NCBI GenBank assembly: GCA_951406725.2
Contig: OX597830.1
Location: 39,680,001 to 39,744,000, forward strand
Reading direction: 5' to 3'
Source of the DNA: Octopus vulgaris
Lineage: Eukaryota
Length of the DNA stretch: 64,000 nucleotides
Part shown: positions 30,713 through 46,363 of the stretch, in pieces
Layout: each line of letters opens with the position of its first letter
How positions within the stretch are numbered: position 1 is the first letter of the stretch
Translations under genes and position numbers: made by a program
The notes under the pieces: model-generated
Database searches by the model: none
Told to the model about the DNA's origin: nothing
What the model saw: only the letters and a program-made list of their open reading frames with translations

Positions 30713-31012
30713 GTGGAGGCACATGGCCTAGTGGTTAGAGCAGCGGACTCGTGGTCGAGGGATCGCGGGTTCGAATCTAAGACCGGGGGATGTGTGTGTT
30801 TATGAGCGAAACACCTAAGCTCCACGCGGCACCGGCAGAAGGTATTGGCGAACTTCTGCTGACTCTTTCGCCACAACTTTCTCTCACTCTTTCCTCCTGC
30901 ATCTTGCAGTTCACCTGCGACGGACCGGCGTCCAGGTGGGGAACCTATACGCCAAGGAAACCGGGAAACCGGCCCTTATGAGCCAGGCGTGGCTCAAGAA
31001 AGAACAAACAGA
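30713..31012 (+). mobile_element. SINE family C head (tRNA-like) with V-domain-like 3' body
   Basis: GTGGAGGCACATGGCCTAGTGGTTAG..GGTTCGAATC, followed by CCTGCGACGGACCGGCGTCCAGG. Confidence 0.75.
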
Positions 31013-31341
31013 CATTTGTCTATATTTTGACTTACTGTACCCAACGCAACAGTTATTATAGGCATGACCTTTACTGTTCGCATCCTCTAAATTCTTCCCA
31101 TTTCAAATTTCAAGTGATTCTATCTTTTTGTTTGTTTTTCTTGCTCTTTCTTTACGATAAAAGAAGGAAAATGCACACAGTTTACATTGTTTTAATACAT
31201 TTTAAATGAAACAGCACTGTGGTTGTCGACATGTTTCGCTATCACTAATCATGACATTAAAATTATTGCAATTTGGTATTTTCTTAAGATTTTAGTCCAT
31301 GTTCCTGTAGATTTTGTATGTGTGTGTGTGTGTGTCTGTGT

Positions 31342-31454
<113 letters not shown>

Positions 31455-31650
31455 GTTAATCCAAAAATGAAAACACAAAGAGAAAACACAACAACGCGAG
31501 GACGTGGAACAAGTATAGCATTATTGGACGCTCAGGAAAGAAGGAAAGAAGGAGGGTTTAACGTTTCGAGCGGAGCTCTTCGTCAGAAACATAGGAAAAG
31601 GAAAGATCCAAAGAAGGGAAGACGGAGAAAAAAAAATCGCCAACGGTACA
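31455..31650 (-). mobile_element. ~200-bp hammerhead-bearing non-autonomous element (motif 31556-31590)
   Basis: Minus strand GTTT-CTGACGA-A-GAGC-TCC-GCTC-GAAACGTT-AAAC. Flanked by (TA)n/(CA)n. Near-identical to 60840-61043. Confidence 0.8.
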
Positions 31651-31864
31651 CACACATACACACATATATATATATATATATATCGGAGACTAACTACGAG
31701 AACAATTTTTATTCTTTCTGGCGTTTCAGCCCAAAGGCTGTTGTCATTCTGGACTAGAAGAAAGACAGAACCCCATACTAAAAGTTTCTTGTAAAATTCA
31801 ATGACAGCCACCAGTGGTTTCAAACCAGACCGGGAATCTTCGCATTATTACATATATATTATAT

Positions 31865-32252
31865 ACTCTTTTACTTATTTCAGTCATTTCACTGCGACCA
31901 TGCTGGAGCACCACCTTTAGTCGAATATATCGACCGCAGGACTTATTCTTTGTAAGTCTAGTACTTATTATATCGGTTTCTTTTGCCGAACCGCTAAGTC
32001 ACGGGGACGTAAGCACACCAGTATCGGTTGTCAAGCGATAGTAGGGGACAAACACAGACACAATTAACATATACATACATATCTATATACGATGGGCTTC
32101 CTTCAGTTTCCGTCTACCAAATCCACACATATGGCTTTGCTCCGTCCGGAGCTATAGTAGAAGACCCTTGTGGAAGGTGCCACGCAGTGGGGCTGAACCC
32201 GGAACCATGTGGTTGGTAAGCAAGCTACTTACCTCACAGCCACTCCTGCGCC
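31865..32252 (-). mobile_element. SINE family A, full length
   Basis: Ends in CAGCCACTCCTGCGCC, the reverse complement of the head. Confidence 0.9.
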
Positions 32253-32926
32253 GTATATATATACATATATATATATATATACACATACATATATACATAT
32301 ATATATACACACATATACATGCATTTATATATATATATATAATCAATCAGAGATAAACATATATTGTGTACGTGTGCATATTTTATACACACATGAAACA
32401 TACCGATATCACTTTATCAACATATATTTGTACATATAATAGCTACTTGCATACGTAGACACATACAATTATACATACCGACATACGTACAAACATAAAT
32501 GCATCCATGCATACGCACATATAATCATACATATAGATATATGTATCTGTGTGTGTGTGTGTGTATATATATGTGCGTGCATGTGTGTACATGTGTGTGC
32601 ATGTGTGTACGTGCGCGCGTCATATGCTACGCTGTCTTTCCACAAAACATCGAGATAGACGTCAAATTTTCTATGTTAAAGTACATATCACCGTAGATAA
32701 TATTGGTCAACGTGACCTGATAAAAAAAAATCACGTCTAGTTTCTCCTACTCATATAGCTCCTCCTTCCATATCGCCCACTAATAGATATGCACTCTTTG
32801 AGAACACCCACCCACAGGCATACAGACGTACGTACATACGGACGTACGTACATACATACATACATACTTACACAGAAGCACACACATTATTTACATATAT
32901 AAACGTACACTCACATCATATATATA

Positions 32927-32978
<52 letters not shown>

Positions 32979-32982
32979 ATAT

Positions 32983-33071
<89 letters not shown>

Positions 33072-33073
33072 CG

Positions 33074-33105
<32 letters not shown>

Positions 33106-33777
33106 CATATATATATGTGTGCGTATGTGTGTCTATATATACATACATATACACATACATATATATATATACATATACAAATATATATGCATATATAAAT
33201 ATATATGTTTAAATATATGTATGTATATATACATATATACATAAATATATATCGATCAATATATATATATATATATATATACCTGCATATATACCTACAA
33301 ATGTACTTCAATGGATATTACAACATAAAAACTTACACACATACATGCATGAATATGTACCTCAATATACAGTATGCACACATACTTACCTACCAATCTA
33401 CCAACATATATACGTGCATACTGCCTATATATGTGTTTGCGCGTGTCTATGTGTGTGTCCGTGTGTCTGTGTGTGTATGTGTGTGCGTGTGTTTGACTGT
33501 GTGTGCGTGTGCATGTGTGTTTGTGTGTGTGTTTTTGCATTTGTATATACATTTCCTGGTGGCACTTCTCTCTTGTTTTGTTTGTCAGCCGTCTATTCAC
33601 ACCACTCTCTTTTTCTCTTCCCTTTTCTTTTTCTCTTTTTGTTCCCCCCTCCCCACTGTTTCACTTCACTTTCTTCCTTTACCCCTCTCTCTGTCTCTCA
33701 TTTGGCATTTTATGCCTACTACCACCTACCACAGACACTTTGTTGTTCTTTCATTCTACCTCTAACTATTTCTCTCT

Positions 33778-33831
<54 letters not shown>

Positions 33832-33918
33832 GTCTACCTAGCTATCTGTCTGTCTATCTATCTGTTTGTCTATTTGTCCCTACAGTCTCTCCTCTGTTTC
33901 TCTCCATTTCTCATTTCT

Positions 33919-33951
<33 letters not shown>

Positions 33952-34092
33952 ATATATATATACATACATTCATACATATGAACATAAATATATATGTAAT
34001 ATGTTTGCATATATATGTATAAACATATGTATGTTTGTATGTATGAACAGACAGACAGACTGACAGATAGACAGATAGACAGACAGATAAAC

Positions 34093-34224
<132 letters not shown>

Positions 34225-34272
34225 TTATGTATATACTCGCACATAATACATTCATTCACTCGAACGCATATA

Positions 34273-34540
34273 TGCTCTGGCTCAGGAACGAAATTTGCTT
34301 GGGGGATGCAAACCCAGGTGCCCAAATTTTTACAAGCAAGTTCTTATTGTTTTTTTAAATTCTTGTCCTTTGTTCCTTGAGAAGAAACCTAACTTCTAGC
34401 TTCTAGTTACAGACCACTTTTTATTCAGTTTCCTAAACCTGAGAAAACTAAGTAAGGGTGCAAATTTTGATTTTGCACCCACAACAAAAATTCTAGGGAG
34501 TTCATTTGCACCACTTGCAATCCCTGTTTCCGTGCCCATG
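34273..34540. mobile_element. Degenerate hAT-type MITE
   Basis: Imperfect TIRs (CTCTGGCTCAGGAAC vs reverse complement CATGGGCACGGAAAC), near-8-bp TSD CG(C/T)ATATG and GCACC-rich subterminal motifs. Confidence 0.5.
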
Positions 34541-36177
34541 CGTATATGTTTTCAATATGTGACTTCTAAACTAAGGTTTTGTTTCTAATATCAAAATTCT
34601 TTCTATTTCATTAACTAAATTCATATACCTGAAATTCTTTAATACCACATAAATATTTCATTGAGAACTTTCATGTAGATCCACTTTATTTTTGTACGAA
34701 TTAGGACGTGTTCTAAATATACTTAATAGAACATGTCCATACACGCACACACACTCACACATACACACACCCATATATATGTATATATGTATGTGTGTAT
34801 GAATATATACCCGAATTCTAACAATGTATTTTATACCTATGCATAGGACCCCGTGTGACGTCTTTTGGGAACACATAAACTCTGTTAGAACTTCAAAGAA
34901 TATTTATCCTTTCTTTCCGCCTTCCTGCTAGAACACTACATTAACCTAGCAAACTGCGTTCTACACTCCCATATAACATTTTACAACCCTCTATATTCAT
35001 CTCGTCCATTTTATTTCATTTATATTTCAATCAAATTCAGTTCTATTTTACGTCGTTTATTTTATAACTGCTCATGGTTATGCTACGTCGTTTTATTTCA
35101 TTCATACAGACTTCTTTTCACCTCAATTATTTTACTGCACCCAGAACCTACTTATCCCGAAATGTTATATTATACACTATAACTCGTATACGTATATCTT
35201 GAATGTACGAGTAAGAATTCAAACCAGACATACGTGTGTATTGAATAGAACTTAAGTCACGGGTAAATACGCAAGAATTTGAAGGCATGAAAAAAGGCAC
35301 CAAGTAAAGTTATGTATCTACCAATTCTTTACCGTATTCTTTGACATACAAGTCGACGTTGTATATCACGTAAAACTGTAGTGTAAACATTCAAGCATCG
35401 TCACCATCTTTCCAAATCCCGCTTCATTTCACATGAAATATTTGGTCTTCTAAAGTCATCTTGGACTGTAAGTTGACCTAACTCTTTTTTTCTTCTTGTA
35501 AATTTTGATCTGAAGAATTTGAATTGAATTCCGCAAAATACGGTAACAATAAGCAAGTTGCCTTCCCACTTAACTACTTTTGCTTATTACCGCAGTTTCT
35601 GGGGTTGTTTTTTTTCTTTACAAATTTCAACGAACGTGAGAACGACTTCCCTTCTCCATAATATCATCAAACTAACGCGAAATGTTTTTTGCTGAACAAT
35701 CGGAAGGTCATATTCGCTCCCAGCATATATTTTATTGTTGCATATCTTCAAATAAAATGCTTTAACAAAGAAACACTTAACTCGATCTATATATTGAGAT
35801 AAATGCAAATATTCTCTACATCTTCACCGGATTGAATTTCTAGCAAGCAAACGTTCATAAAAATATATGTATGCATTATATCTCACCAGCAGCTTAACAA
35901 AGAGAGTCGGAAGAGAATTTTGCTGTTTATATACAACGTGGTGCAAAAAAAAAAAAGAAACCTGGAATTTGCCGAAACAGTCGAAATTCCAAGACTACTC
36001 ATACTGTTAATATGCAAAGTGTTCAAATCATGGGACTTTACGTTAAAATTCGAATTAAAGAATTCTTTAGTTACTATAGCTTCACATCTCATTCATGCAG
36101 TTTTATGAACGTTTTTCATACATGCAACTACAAAAACTAGTTTATTTATTGTATTACAATACATACATACATATACG

Positions 36178-36249
<72 letters not shown>

Positions 36250-36260
36250 CACTCATACAC

Positions 36261-38096
36261 ATGCAGGAAGTAAATCAACACATTAAGCGCCTTAATATGT
36301 TATTCTTTTTCATTGCAGGTGCCACTATATTAAACATTTGCGAAGAGTAACCATGCCACGCACAAAAAATTCAGCAGTACTCTCAGATTTTTAAAGAGGT
36401 CGTATCGTTGGGCAATCTGAGGCTGATCTTAGCCAGCGTAAAATTGCCGAAAATCTTCAAATTCCTCTTGCTACTGTTAATAGAATTTTAGTGCAATTCA
36501 AGAGCCAAGGAAAAGAATCAAAAGATTCTCGTCCCGGTCGATCTGGGCTCTCGGAAAGGAAGCTTCGCTCTTTCAAGAGAATTGTGGAAAATGAACCCCG
36601 TTCGAGGGCTTCTGAAATTGCAAAGCAGCTAGAAGTTAGTCCAAAAATGTGTATTACATATCTGCATAAGCTAAGATATGGCTGCCAACAAAGCACGCGG
36701 AATTCTGTTCTTGATTCGACGGTCATTCGGAATGCTCACAGCAGCCATATTCCTACCACTCTATGTCACGCTGGTGAGACCCATATTGGAGTATGGGATT
36801 CAAGCCTCTTCTCCTTATCTCCTCAAAGACATACAGCATCTCGAAAGAGTCCAGAAGCTGGCTACCCGCATGGTTCATGGTCTCAAAAATTTGTCCTACG
36901 AAGAAAGGCTGAGGACGCTCGACCTTTATTCTCTTGAAAAACGCCGCCGCCGTGGTGATCTCATTCTCGCCCACAACATCATAAGCGGAAAGTGTAACCT
37001 CTCGAAAGAGCTGTTCTTCACTCCTGCTCCAGAGCGTCGGCTGCGGGGTCATTCCGAAAAGCTCTACCTGCGACGATTTCATCTCAATCGAAGGAGAGGA
37101 GCTTTCTCCGTCCGGGTTGCGGATCCGTGGAACAAGCTGCCAGACGAGATGGTGAAGATGCCGACGACCGCTTTGTTCAAAGCCTCCCTTGACCTCAAGT
37201 GGCCTGAACTCTTTACATAATCACCACCCTGTACTTAACTCCATGTCCCCCTACATGGCCTTGCTATTTGCTTTTGAGTCAAATTAACTAACTAACTAAC
37301 ATTATGAACGAGCAGCTAGAAGAAAACCCCCGCTTCAACCAATCAATATTATGAAAACAAAGAAATGGGCTAAGGAGATGTCAGAAAAATCCAGTTCATT
37401 TTGGGATTGAGTGATTTTCTCAGATGAATCCAGATTTGCATAATTTCCAGACAGTAAACGTGTTTGGGTCTGGAGGCTTCCCAATCAAGAATTTGGTTTG
37501 AAACGACTCCAACCAACTGTGAAAAATGGCGGTATCTCTGTAATGATACGGGGTGCTGTCACCAGCAATGGTCGTTCCGAGCTGATCGAATGTGTTGGAA
37601 CCATAAACAATGAAAAATACATCGAAATACTTTAGCAAGAACTACTTCTGATGTGTTCATACGATAACATAACAAAAAATGTGTTTTTATTCCTGGAAGA
37701 TGGGGCTCCATGAAACAGCGAAAAAGAATCAAAAATGGCTGTCTGAAAATGGGATCAAAAAGCTTCCTTGGCCGAGCCAATCTCCTGACATGAAACCCAA
37801 TTGAAAATCTTTGGAGCATACTAGACAGAGCTATACGAAAACTCAACAGAAACTTAAATCTAAAGATGAACTGTTTCGATTGTTGCGTGAAAAGTGAGCA
37901 GAAATTCCACAAAAGACAAGCACAAAGCTCATAGGTTCAATGGCAAAAAGGGTTTCTGAATAAAAAAAACTGCAAAGGAAATGTCAACTAAATACGAAAG
38001 TATGTTGTCCTACCTATCAATTACATTTCAATTGTTCGCTTTGCGTATTAAATAAAAGATTTTGAAAATTCAAGTTGTCTGTTTATTTCCTGCATC
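36261..38096 (+). mobile_element. Tc1-like transposon relic interrupted by a CR1 LINE
   Basis: TIRs ATGCAGGAA(G/A)TAAA. Transposase from 36353 (RGRIVG..RPGRS..YLHKL) resumes at 37301 (RAARRKP, FSDESRF, WPSQSPDM). Confidence 0.85.
36676..37300 (+). mobile_element. Young CR1-clade LINE 3' fragment with (AACT)n tail
   Basis: Uninterrupted 180-aa ORF with [43 protein letters not shown] and FSVRV..WNKLP. Confidence 0.92.
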
Positions 38097-38137
38097 TCTC
38101 TCTCCCCCCTCTCTCTCTCCCCACATATATATATATA

Positions 38138-38622
<485 letters not shown>

Positions 38623-38641
38623 CATATATGTAGACATACAT

Positions 38642-39049
38642 ACTCTTTTATTCTTTTATTTGTTTTAAGTCATTTGACTGCGGCCATGCTGGAGCACCGT
38701 TTTGAAGGGTTTTAGTCGAATAAATCGACACCATTGCTAATTTCATTTTAAGCTTGGTTCTTATTCAATCGGGGTCTTTTCCCGAACGACTAAGTTACGG
38801 GAACGTAGACACACCAACATCGGTTGTCAAGCGGTGACAGAGTGACAAAGAGAGGCACAAAGACACACATACACAAACATGCATATATATATATATATGG
38901 ATCTTTCCTTCTCCTATGTTTCCGACGAAGAGCTCCGCTCGAAACGTTAGACCCTCCTTCTTTCCTTCTTTCCTGAGCGTCCAATAATACTATATTTGTT
39001 CCCCGTCCTCGCGTTGTTGTGTTTTTTTTGTGCTTTCTTGTTTGGATTA

Positions 39050-39102
<53 letters not shown>

Positions 39103-39250
39103 GACGTGTTTCTTTTCAGTTTCCGTCCACTAAATCTACACATAAGGAACTGGTCGGCCCGAAGCTATAGCAGAAGACACTTGTCCAAAGTGCGACGCAG
39201 GGGAATGAACTCGGAACCTAGCTGTTGGGAAGCAAGCTTCATACCACAGA
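38642..39250 (-). mobile_element. SINE family A interrupted in its internal (TA)n by a hammerhead element
   Basis: 3' half 38642-38880, 5' half 39101-39250. Confidence 0.82.
38898..39052 (+). mobile_element. Hammerhead-bearing ~200-bp family, truncated copy (motif 38918-38952)
   Basis: GTTT-CCGACGA-A-GAGC..GCTC-GAAACGTT-AGAC, between (TA)n runs. Confidence 0.78.
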
Positions 39251-39262
39251 GCTAAGCTTACG

Positions 39263-39325
<63 letters not shown>

Positions 39326-39361
39326 TGAGTGAGAGAGACAGATTTGATAATACATACATAT

Positions 39362-39427
<66 letters not shown>

Positions 39428-39476
39428 GCGCAGGAGTGGCTGTGTGGTAAGAGACAGACAGAGGCATAGAATAGGC

Positions 39477-39557
<81 letters not shown>

Positions 39558-39779
39558 TGCATATATATATATATATATATATAAGGGCATAGTGAATAAG
39601 TTTATGCTTGATAAACATTCATTCAGTCTGACTTGCTCATTTGGCATGTGTTATGCATACATGCATGTTCACGTTCTTTTATGCTGAACAAATATGTGAG
39701 GAGTACTGAATACATGTAAATTATATATATCATTGTGTGTATATATATATAATTCTACAGATGTCACAACCAAATTTGG

Positions 39780-40335
39780 AAAAACTTCCCTGACGTGAAT
39801 ACGAGGAATCTTAGACATAATTGAAGATTAGTTTTAGTTTAGCATAGCCCTCCCCACCCCAGCCAACATCCAGCACCTAGAGGCGCCAGCTGTTCTCGTA
39901 TTCACAGAAAACTGTCCACAAGGCAGTATCGATACTACAGAGACTATAACATATGAAGCCTCAGTCAGATAAAAGTAATGCATCAGACTGCATTAAGAAG
40001 TATGTAGGGCTTATGGAAGGTAACTTTAAGTCAAGTTTCAATAACTATACCTCCTCCTTTAGATACTGGAACAAACCTAAAACTACAAAGGCCTCCAACC
40101 AAATTTGAGATTTGAAAGAGAGATCCATCACTCAATCAACTAGAAGATCCTTAAAACAAACGCAAACTATGATATATATCAACGATGTCAGAAGATGCGG
40201 GATCAGTATTGCAGAAAAGTGGTTTATTCTAAAGTGCTCACAGGAACCTACTCTATTTCAATGCTTTAAGCGAAAGTTTTGAAGCTGCCTATACGCCACG
40301 AAGTATATTTTCCGATTTTGGTCCCTAGCTACATA
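39780..40335 (+). mobile_element. Old Penelope-like GIY-YIG fragment of the same type as 24091
   Basis: YEASV..IKKYVGLMEGNFKSSFNNYTSSFRYWNK, RRCGISIAEKW and FRFWS parallel the 24091 ORF. Contains stops. Confidence 0.75.
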
Positions 40336-40499
40336 AATCAGCAAGAAATTCTATAACTTATTTCCATTATTATTATTATTTCATATCAATTTATAGATTT
40401 CATTAACATTATAAATTTCTATACGTTTATGTAAATATGCACGCACATGTGCGGAAGCATGCGTGGTATAAATATGTGTTTATGTATGTGCATATGTGT

Positions 40500-41400
40500 G
40501 CACCTGGCCCTCTTGTTCACGCGTCGAGGATACCATCCACCCTTGTCCAAACAGCCCTTACCCGTACCCTCAAATCGATCGCACCACCGCCCTCTCTCCT
40601 TTCCCGCGCCGGTCCCCAGCCACATCCCCTTTCCCCTTCTTTTCTACTTCCACCACACTACCCCCTTTAGAGGAAGATCCTGCGTATCTTCCGTCGTCTC
40701 CATCTAGATCCCCATCACGCCCGTAGCCTATGCGATTTACTACTCCGTGGCACCCTCCCCTCCTCCATTCGCACCCAACCCCGATCCTTCCCTTGGTCCA
40801 GACCCCGTTGCCACATCTGACCTTTCATCAACACCACTTCCTTCACTGGATCCAACCAGCACACCCTCTACATTAGGAACTCCTTCTTTTCCACTTCTCC
40901 AAGCCTTATTTACTGTATCAGGTGCAATCTTTGCAATAAACTTTATGTTGGTCAGATGGGTCGACGGTTAACCGACCGATTCGCCGAACCACCACGAGAC
41001 GTTCGTCTACGTAAGAACACCGCCGTCGCCCGTCATTTTCGCTTGGCCGGCCACTTCACCTCACACCTCACCGTCTTTGGATTTGCCCTACACCATGGAT
41101 CCACCAACTCTACACTTCGCCTGAAACAGCGCTACTTTGTCACTCTAGTTCAGTGCTTTTCAACCTTTTTGCTAGAGCGGAACCCCCAAGGAAACATTCC
41201 ACTGGCTCGAGGAACCCCTGTGCAATAATATAATAGTCTTATGCACACATATCTGCACAGGAGAATTAAAAATTACTGTCGATTTTAGCAGTTTTGTAAC
41301 TTCTTGCGGAACCCCTGGACTGTACTGGCGGAACCCTGGTTGAAAACCACTGCTCTAGTTACTCGAACTTCTTTCGGACTCGGCACAACCCCCACCTCCT
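40500..41400 (+). mobile_element. Decayed Penelope-like (Neptune-type) C-terminal fragment
   Basis: LFTRRGY thumb remnant and LIYCIRCNLCNKLYVGQMGRRLTDRFAE..VARHF..GH GIY-YIG motif. Confidence 0.75.
41151..41352. mobile_element. hAT (Charlie-type) MITE, 202 bp
   Basis: TIR CAGTG(C/G)TTTTCAACC, perfect 8-bp TSD CTCTAGTT at 41143-41150 and 41353-41360, and repeated GGAACCCC motifs. Confidence 0.93.
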
Positions 41401-42172
41401 TTCAGTGACTTTCCCCACACGCCTTTAAAAATAAACATTTTATTTTATTTTTCTATTTATTTCTGTTACCGATTTGTTTATATATCGGTTTCATTTGTCT
41501 TATTACTTTTAATTTTTATTTATTATTTTTATTATTTATTATTTATTTTATATTTTATTTTTTATATTCTTTTGTTTTCTCATGTTTCTATTTTTAACTT
41601 TTATTTTTAACATAATTCTTTCACATACACACACACACTCACACATACACACGCCTTCATACGCACGCAGACATACGCACACATACAAACACACCTATAC
41701 ACACCTCCAAGCCACACACACACCCACATAGAAACCCCATACACTCATACACACGTACACACATACACACACTCAAAAATATACACATGTTCATATGCAC
41801 ACGCCCAAACACATACACATAACACCAACGTACACACACACTTGTCATCCCGTTCCTTGTACCCTATCACACACCACACACGCGCGCGCGCACACTCACA
41901 CATACGTGCGCGCACACAATCAAACACACACGAACACACGTAGACACACACCACACACACGCACTCCAACATACGCATACACACACATCCGCACACATAC
42001 TCATGTGCACGCCATACAAAATCTACACCCTTGGCTACACCGACGCAGCCACACATACATCCACCTCACCCCTCTCTCACCCTCTCATGCACGCACACAC
42101 ATACACACAGAACCACACCCACTCATTCACACACCTTTCAAGACTGCCGCTGACTCACTACTGACCACTCCG

Positions 42173-42199
<27 letters not shown>

Positions 42200-42203
<4 letters not shown>

Positions 42204-42425
42204 CTTTATTGCCCATTGGGGACTAAACATAGAGGGGACAAACAAGAGCAGACAAAGTGAGTAAGTCGATTACATCGATCTCAGTGCGTAGATGGTACAT
42301 ATTTAATCGCCCCGAAAGAATAAAAGGCAAAGTCGGCCTCGGCGGAATTTGAACTCAGAACGTAACGTCAGACGGAATGCCGCTAAGCACTTTGTCCAGA
42401 GCGCTAACGATTGAGCCAGCTCGCC
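42200..42425 (-). mobile_element. SINE family B
   Basis: Reverse complement of the 54633 copy. Confidence 0.85.
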
Positions 42426-42888
42426 GCAGGAATGGCTGTGCGGTAAGTAGCTTGCTTACCAACCACATGGTTTCGGTTTCAGTCTCACTGCGTGGCGCCT
42501 TGGGCAAGTGTCTTCTACTATATTCTCGGGCCGACCAAAGCCATGTGAGTGGATTTGGTAGATGGAAACTGATAGAAGCTTGTCGTATATATATATATAT
42601 ATATATACAATGTATGTGCGTGATTGTGTTTGTGTGTCTGTGTTTATCCCTTTGTGTGTCTGTGTTTATCCCTTTGTGTGTCTGTGTTTATCCCCTACCC
42701 TCGCTTGATAACCGATGTTGGTGTGTTTGCCTCCCCCGTAACTTAGTGGTTTGGCACAAGATACCGATAGAATAAATACTAGGCTTACAAAGAATAAGTC
42801 CTGGGGTCGATTTGTTCGACTAAAGGCGGTGCTCCAGCATGGCCGCAGTCAAGATTACTGAAACAAATAAAAGAATAGAAGAATAAAA
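42425..42888 (+). mobile_element. SINE family A
   Basis: Homology to 9602, with an internal ~20-bp triplication TGTGTCTGTGTTTATCCCT. Confidence 0.9.
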
Positions 42889-43186
42889 TATAGTCGAACA
42901 CACGGATTTTTTATCTTTATTCATAATTTTGAAATATTATTTTTATATAGTTCATTAACATACGATAATCCCAGTTGTGTTTGGATCACCGGATAAGTAA
43001 CTGAATCATGGCAACAAACGTCACATGACAAACTCTGTAGTTCTTGTCTTGTAAACCATTGTACAGATTAATTCTTGCTACCTCTAAAACCACGAGCGAT
43101 TTATTCGTACCTGCAGCAGTACATAAGCAGATTATTATTTACTATTTACAACCCATACTACTTTCAATTGCGGCGAAAAATGCTCC

Positions 43187-43276
<90 letters not shown>

Positions 43277-44203
43277 ACACGCACACATACACACACACAG
43301 CCTGAATGAGAGACAATCGGAAAAAATATTTGGTTGCACAACGAAATTTTCAAATGTTGATGTCTCCCTAATTATGGTCATTCTTTGATCTCGTCCGCTA
43401 AAAGTATCTCCGCACTTTACAGAACCCTCCTTCCTACCATTCCCCAAACAAGATAACTCCTACCAGTAGCACTTTCTTTTGTTTCAAATCAGATAACTCG
43501 TACTCTTAATAAGAGTCGTTCTACATTCTTATTTTCCACCAGCCTTCACTAACAAGCGTGAACATACAATCACCATGTACAAAAAGTCTTTTAATTAGCC
43601 TTATTAAATAATAAAAGGTATCTCGTCCTGACAGGAATCCCCACTATAGTACACTCTAGAAACAGCTTCTGTCATAATGAAACTAGTTTTCTCCTCTAAG
43701 GGTTATAAATACAGGTGTGGTAACACAATTTTGTTTCAATGCTCTACTGCGCTACTAAATATATCTATAGAAATTACTGTACGTGTAAACGCGGATGTAT
43801 ACAGCTTGTTTCCATATACAATGACTTTTAATTTAATGCCAGCGATTTTTGAAGCACGCTGTATTAACTGTTCTTTTTTTTATCTCCTTTGGGCACCCAG
43901 AGACGAATGATGCCCAAACACAGGGCGAAAGTAATCCGACTGATCCATATTTTTCGGCTCACGATGTAAACTTTATATATGTATATAAAATATTCATAAT
44001 TTTCACTTTTATTGTTTATGGAATCAGCGTATGATTTCAACGGAAATATTATAAGCTGACACGGCGAAATGAGTCTAACCCTAGGCGCAGTGAGAGCCAT
44101 CAATGAGCGTTAAGATCGATAATCTGACTATATCTGCGACCGCAGGGAGCTTGTTTCCTATGTCAGTCATTGAGGTTTTATGGCTAAGTTGTTTTTAGTG
44201 AGG

Positions 44204-44261
<58 letters not shown>

Positions 44262-44652
44262 ACACTCTGCATTTGTCTTTAACAGCATAGGTTAAAATCT
44301 ATGCATAACCTATGAGGACTCATCACAATTAGTAGAAAAACAACGGTTCTTTCAAAGTCCTGTCATACAACATACAGCTCCCATCATCTTTATGGAACCT
44401 GTCCTAAGCAGCACATTATGCTAATCTCAATTTTTTCAGAGCCAGATGTATCGAGAATTCTCCGTTTGTCTTCATTTGTTTAGCTTACAAAATTTATCAA
44501 ATGGATAAACAGAACCAAGAAACTCGGAGCAACAACAGTGTTGTCGCCTTTCAGTGCAATGCTAGCATGTATGGAGAATATTTCCTACCCCCTATTGTAT
44601 CAATTGAACATCCAAACAATATGTATAGATTATGAGGTGTTTAGTACAATGT

Positions 44653-44731
<79 letters not shown>

Positions 44732-44819
44732 AGATAAATAAAAATATATGCATACATACAAACATATATGTACGTACCTACATCTACATGTATATATACA
44801 TGCATATATAAATAATTAT

Positions 44820-45252
44820 ACGGGAGTACAGGACATCACAATAAGACGTAGAAACGGAAAAAGCCAAAAAACAAAAAACAAGAAAACGAAAACGAAAACA
44901 AGAAAACGAAAAACAAATACAGGACGAGCTACACAAGGACAAAACCCCCGTCATCAGCTGTCGCTAGAGGAGTCAGGCATGTTTCGAAGGCATAACAGAA
45001 CACTAATCCAATAGGCCTTCCTGCGAGAGAATTAAAATAAAATTCCAAGCAGCGGGGCAAAATGAGTACGAACACAAACAAGACGTAACAATAAGACTGC
45101 AAAATTAAAATACATGTACAAAAACAAACACAAGAGGACGAACGAAAAAGCCTTTTTTCTGGCATAGACAAACGATAAAACTGCAAAAATAAAAATACAT
45201 GTACAAAAAGTACAATTAGTTACAAAACGAGAAAATAACAAGAATACTATAC
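44820..45252 (-). mobile_element. TA-flanked non-coding element with a type II-like degenerate hammerhead (44945-44990) and an internal ~35-bp direct repeat
   Basis: Minus strand CCTTC-GAAACATGC-CTG...CAG-CTGATGA-C-GGGGG. ACTGCAAAA..AAAATACATGTACAAAA occurs at about 45096 and 45180. Confidence 0.45.
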
Positions 45253-45829
<577 letters not shown>

Positions 45830-46041
45830 TCTTTCTTTACTCTTTTACTTGTTTCAGTCATTTGATTGTGGCCACGCTGGAGCACCGCCTTTAGTCGAGC
45901 AAATCGACTCCAGGACTTATTCTTTGTAAGCCTAGTACTTATTCTATCGGTCTCTTTAGCCGAACCGCTAAGTTACGTGGACGTAAACACACCAGCATCG
46001 GTTGTCAAGCGACGTTGGGGGGACAAACACAGACACACAAG

Positions 46042-46097
<56 letters not shown>

Positions 46098-46265
46098 CGT
46101 ATATACGACGGGCTTCTTTTCAGTTTCCGTCTACCAAATCCACTCACAAGGCTTTGGTCGGCCCGAGGCTACAGTAGAAGACACATGCCCAAGGTGCCAC
46201 GCAGTGGGGCTAAACCCGGAACTATGTGGTTGTTAAGCAAGCTACTTACTACACAGCCACTCCTA
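45830..46265 (-). mobile_element. SINE family A
   Basis: High identity to the reverse complement of 9602. Confidence 0.92.
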
Positions 46266-46299
46266 TGTGTATATACCGACACCACCCTATTCAGCAGCT

Positions 46300-46360
<61 letters not shown>

Positions 46361-46363
<3 letters not shown>

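Noticed and set aside
43904-43935. CGAATGA-T-GCCC..GGGC-GAAAGTA hammerhead-like motif
   Set aside because: The core has two mismatches and there is no convincing stem I or III. Too degenerate to call.
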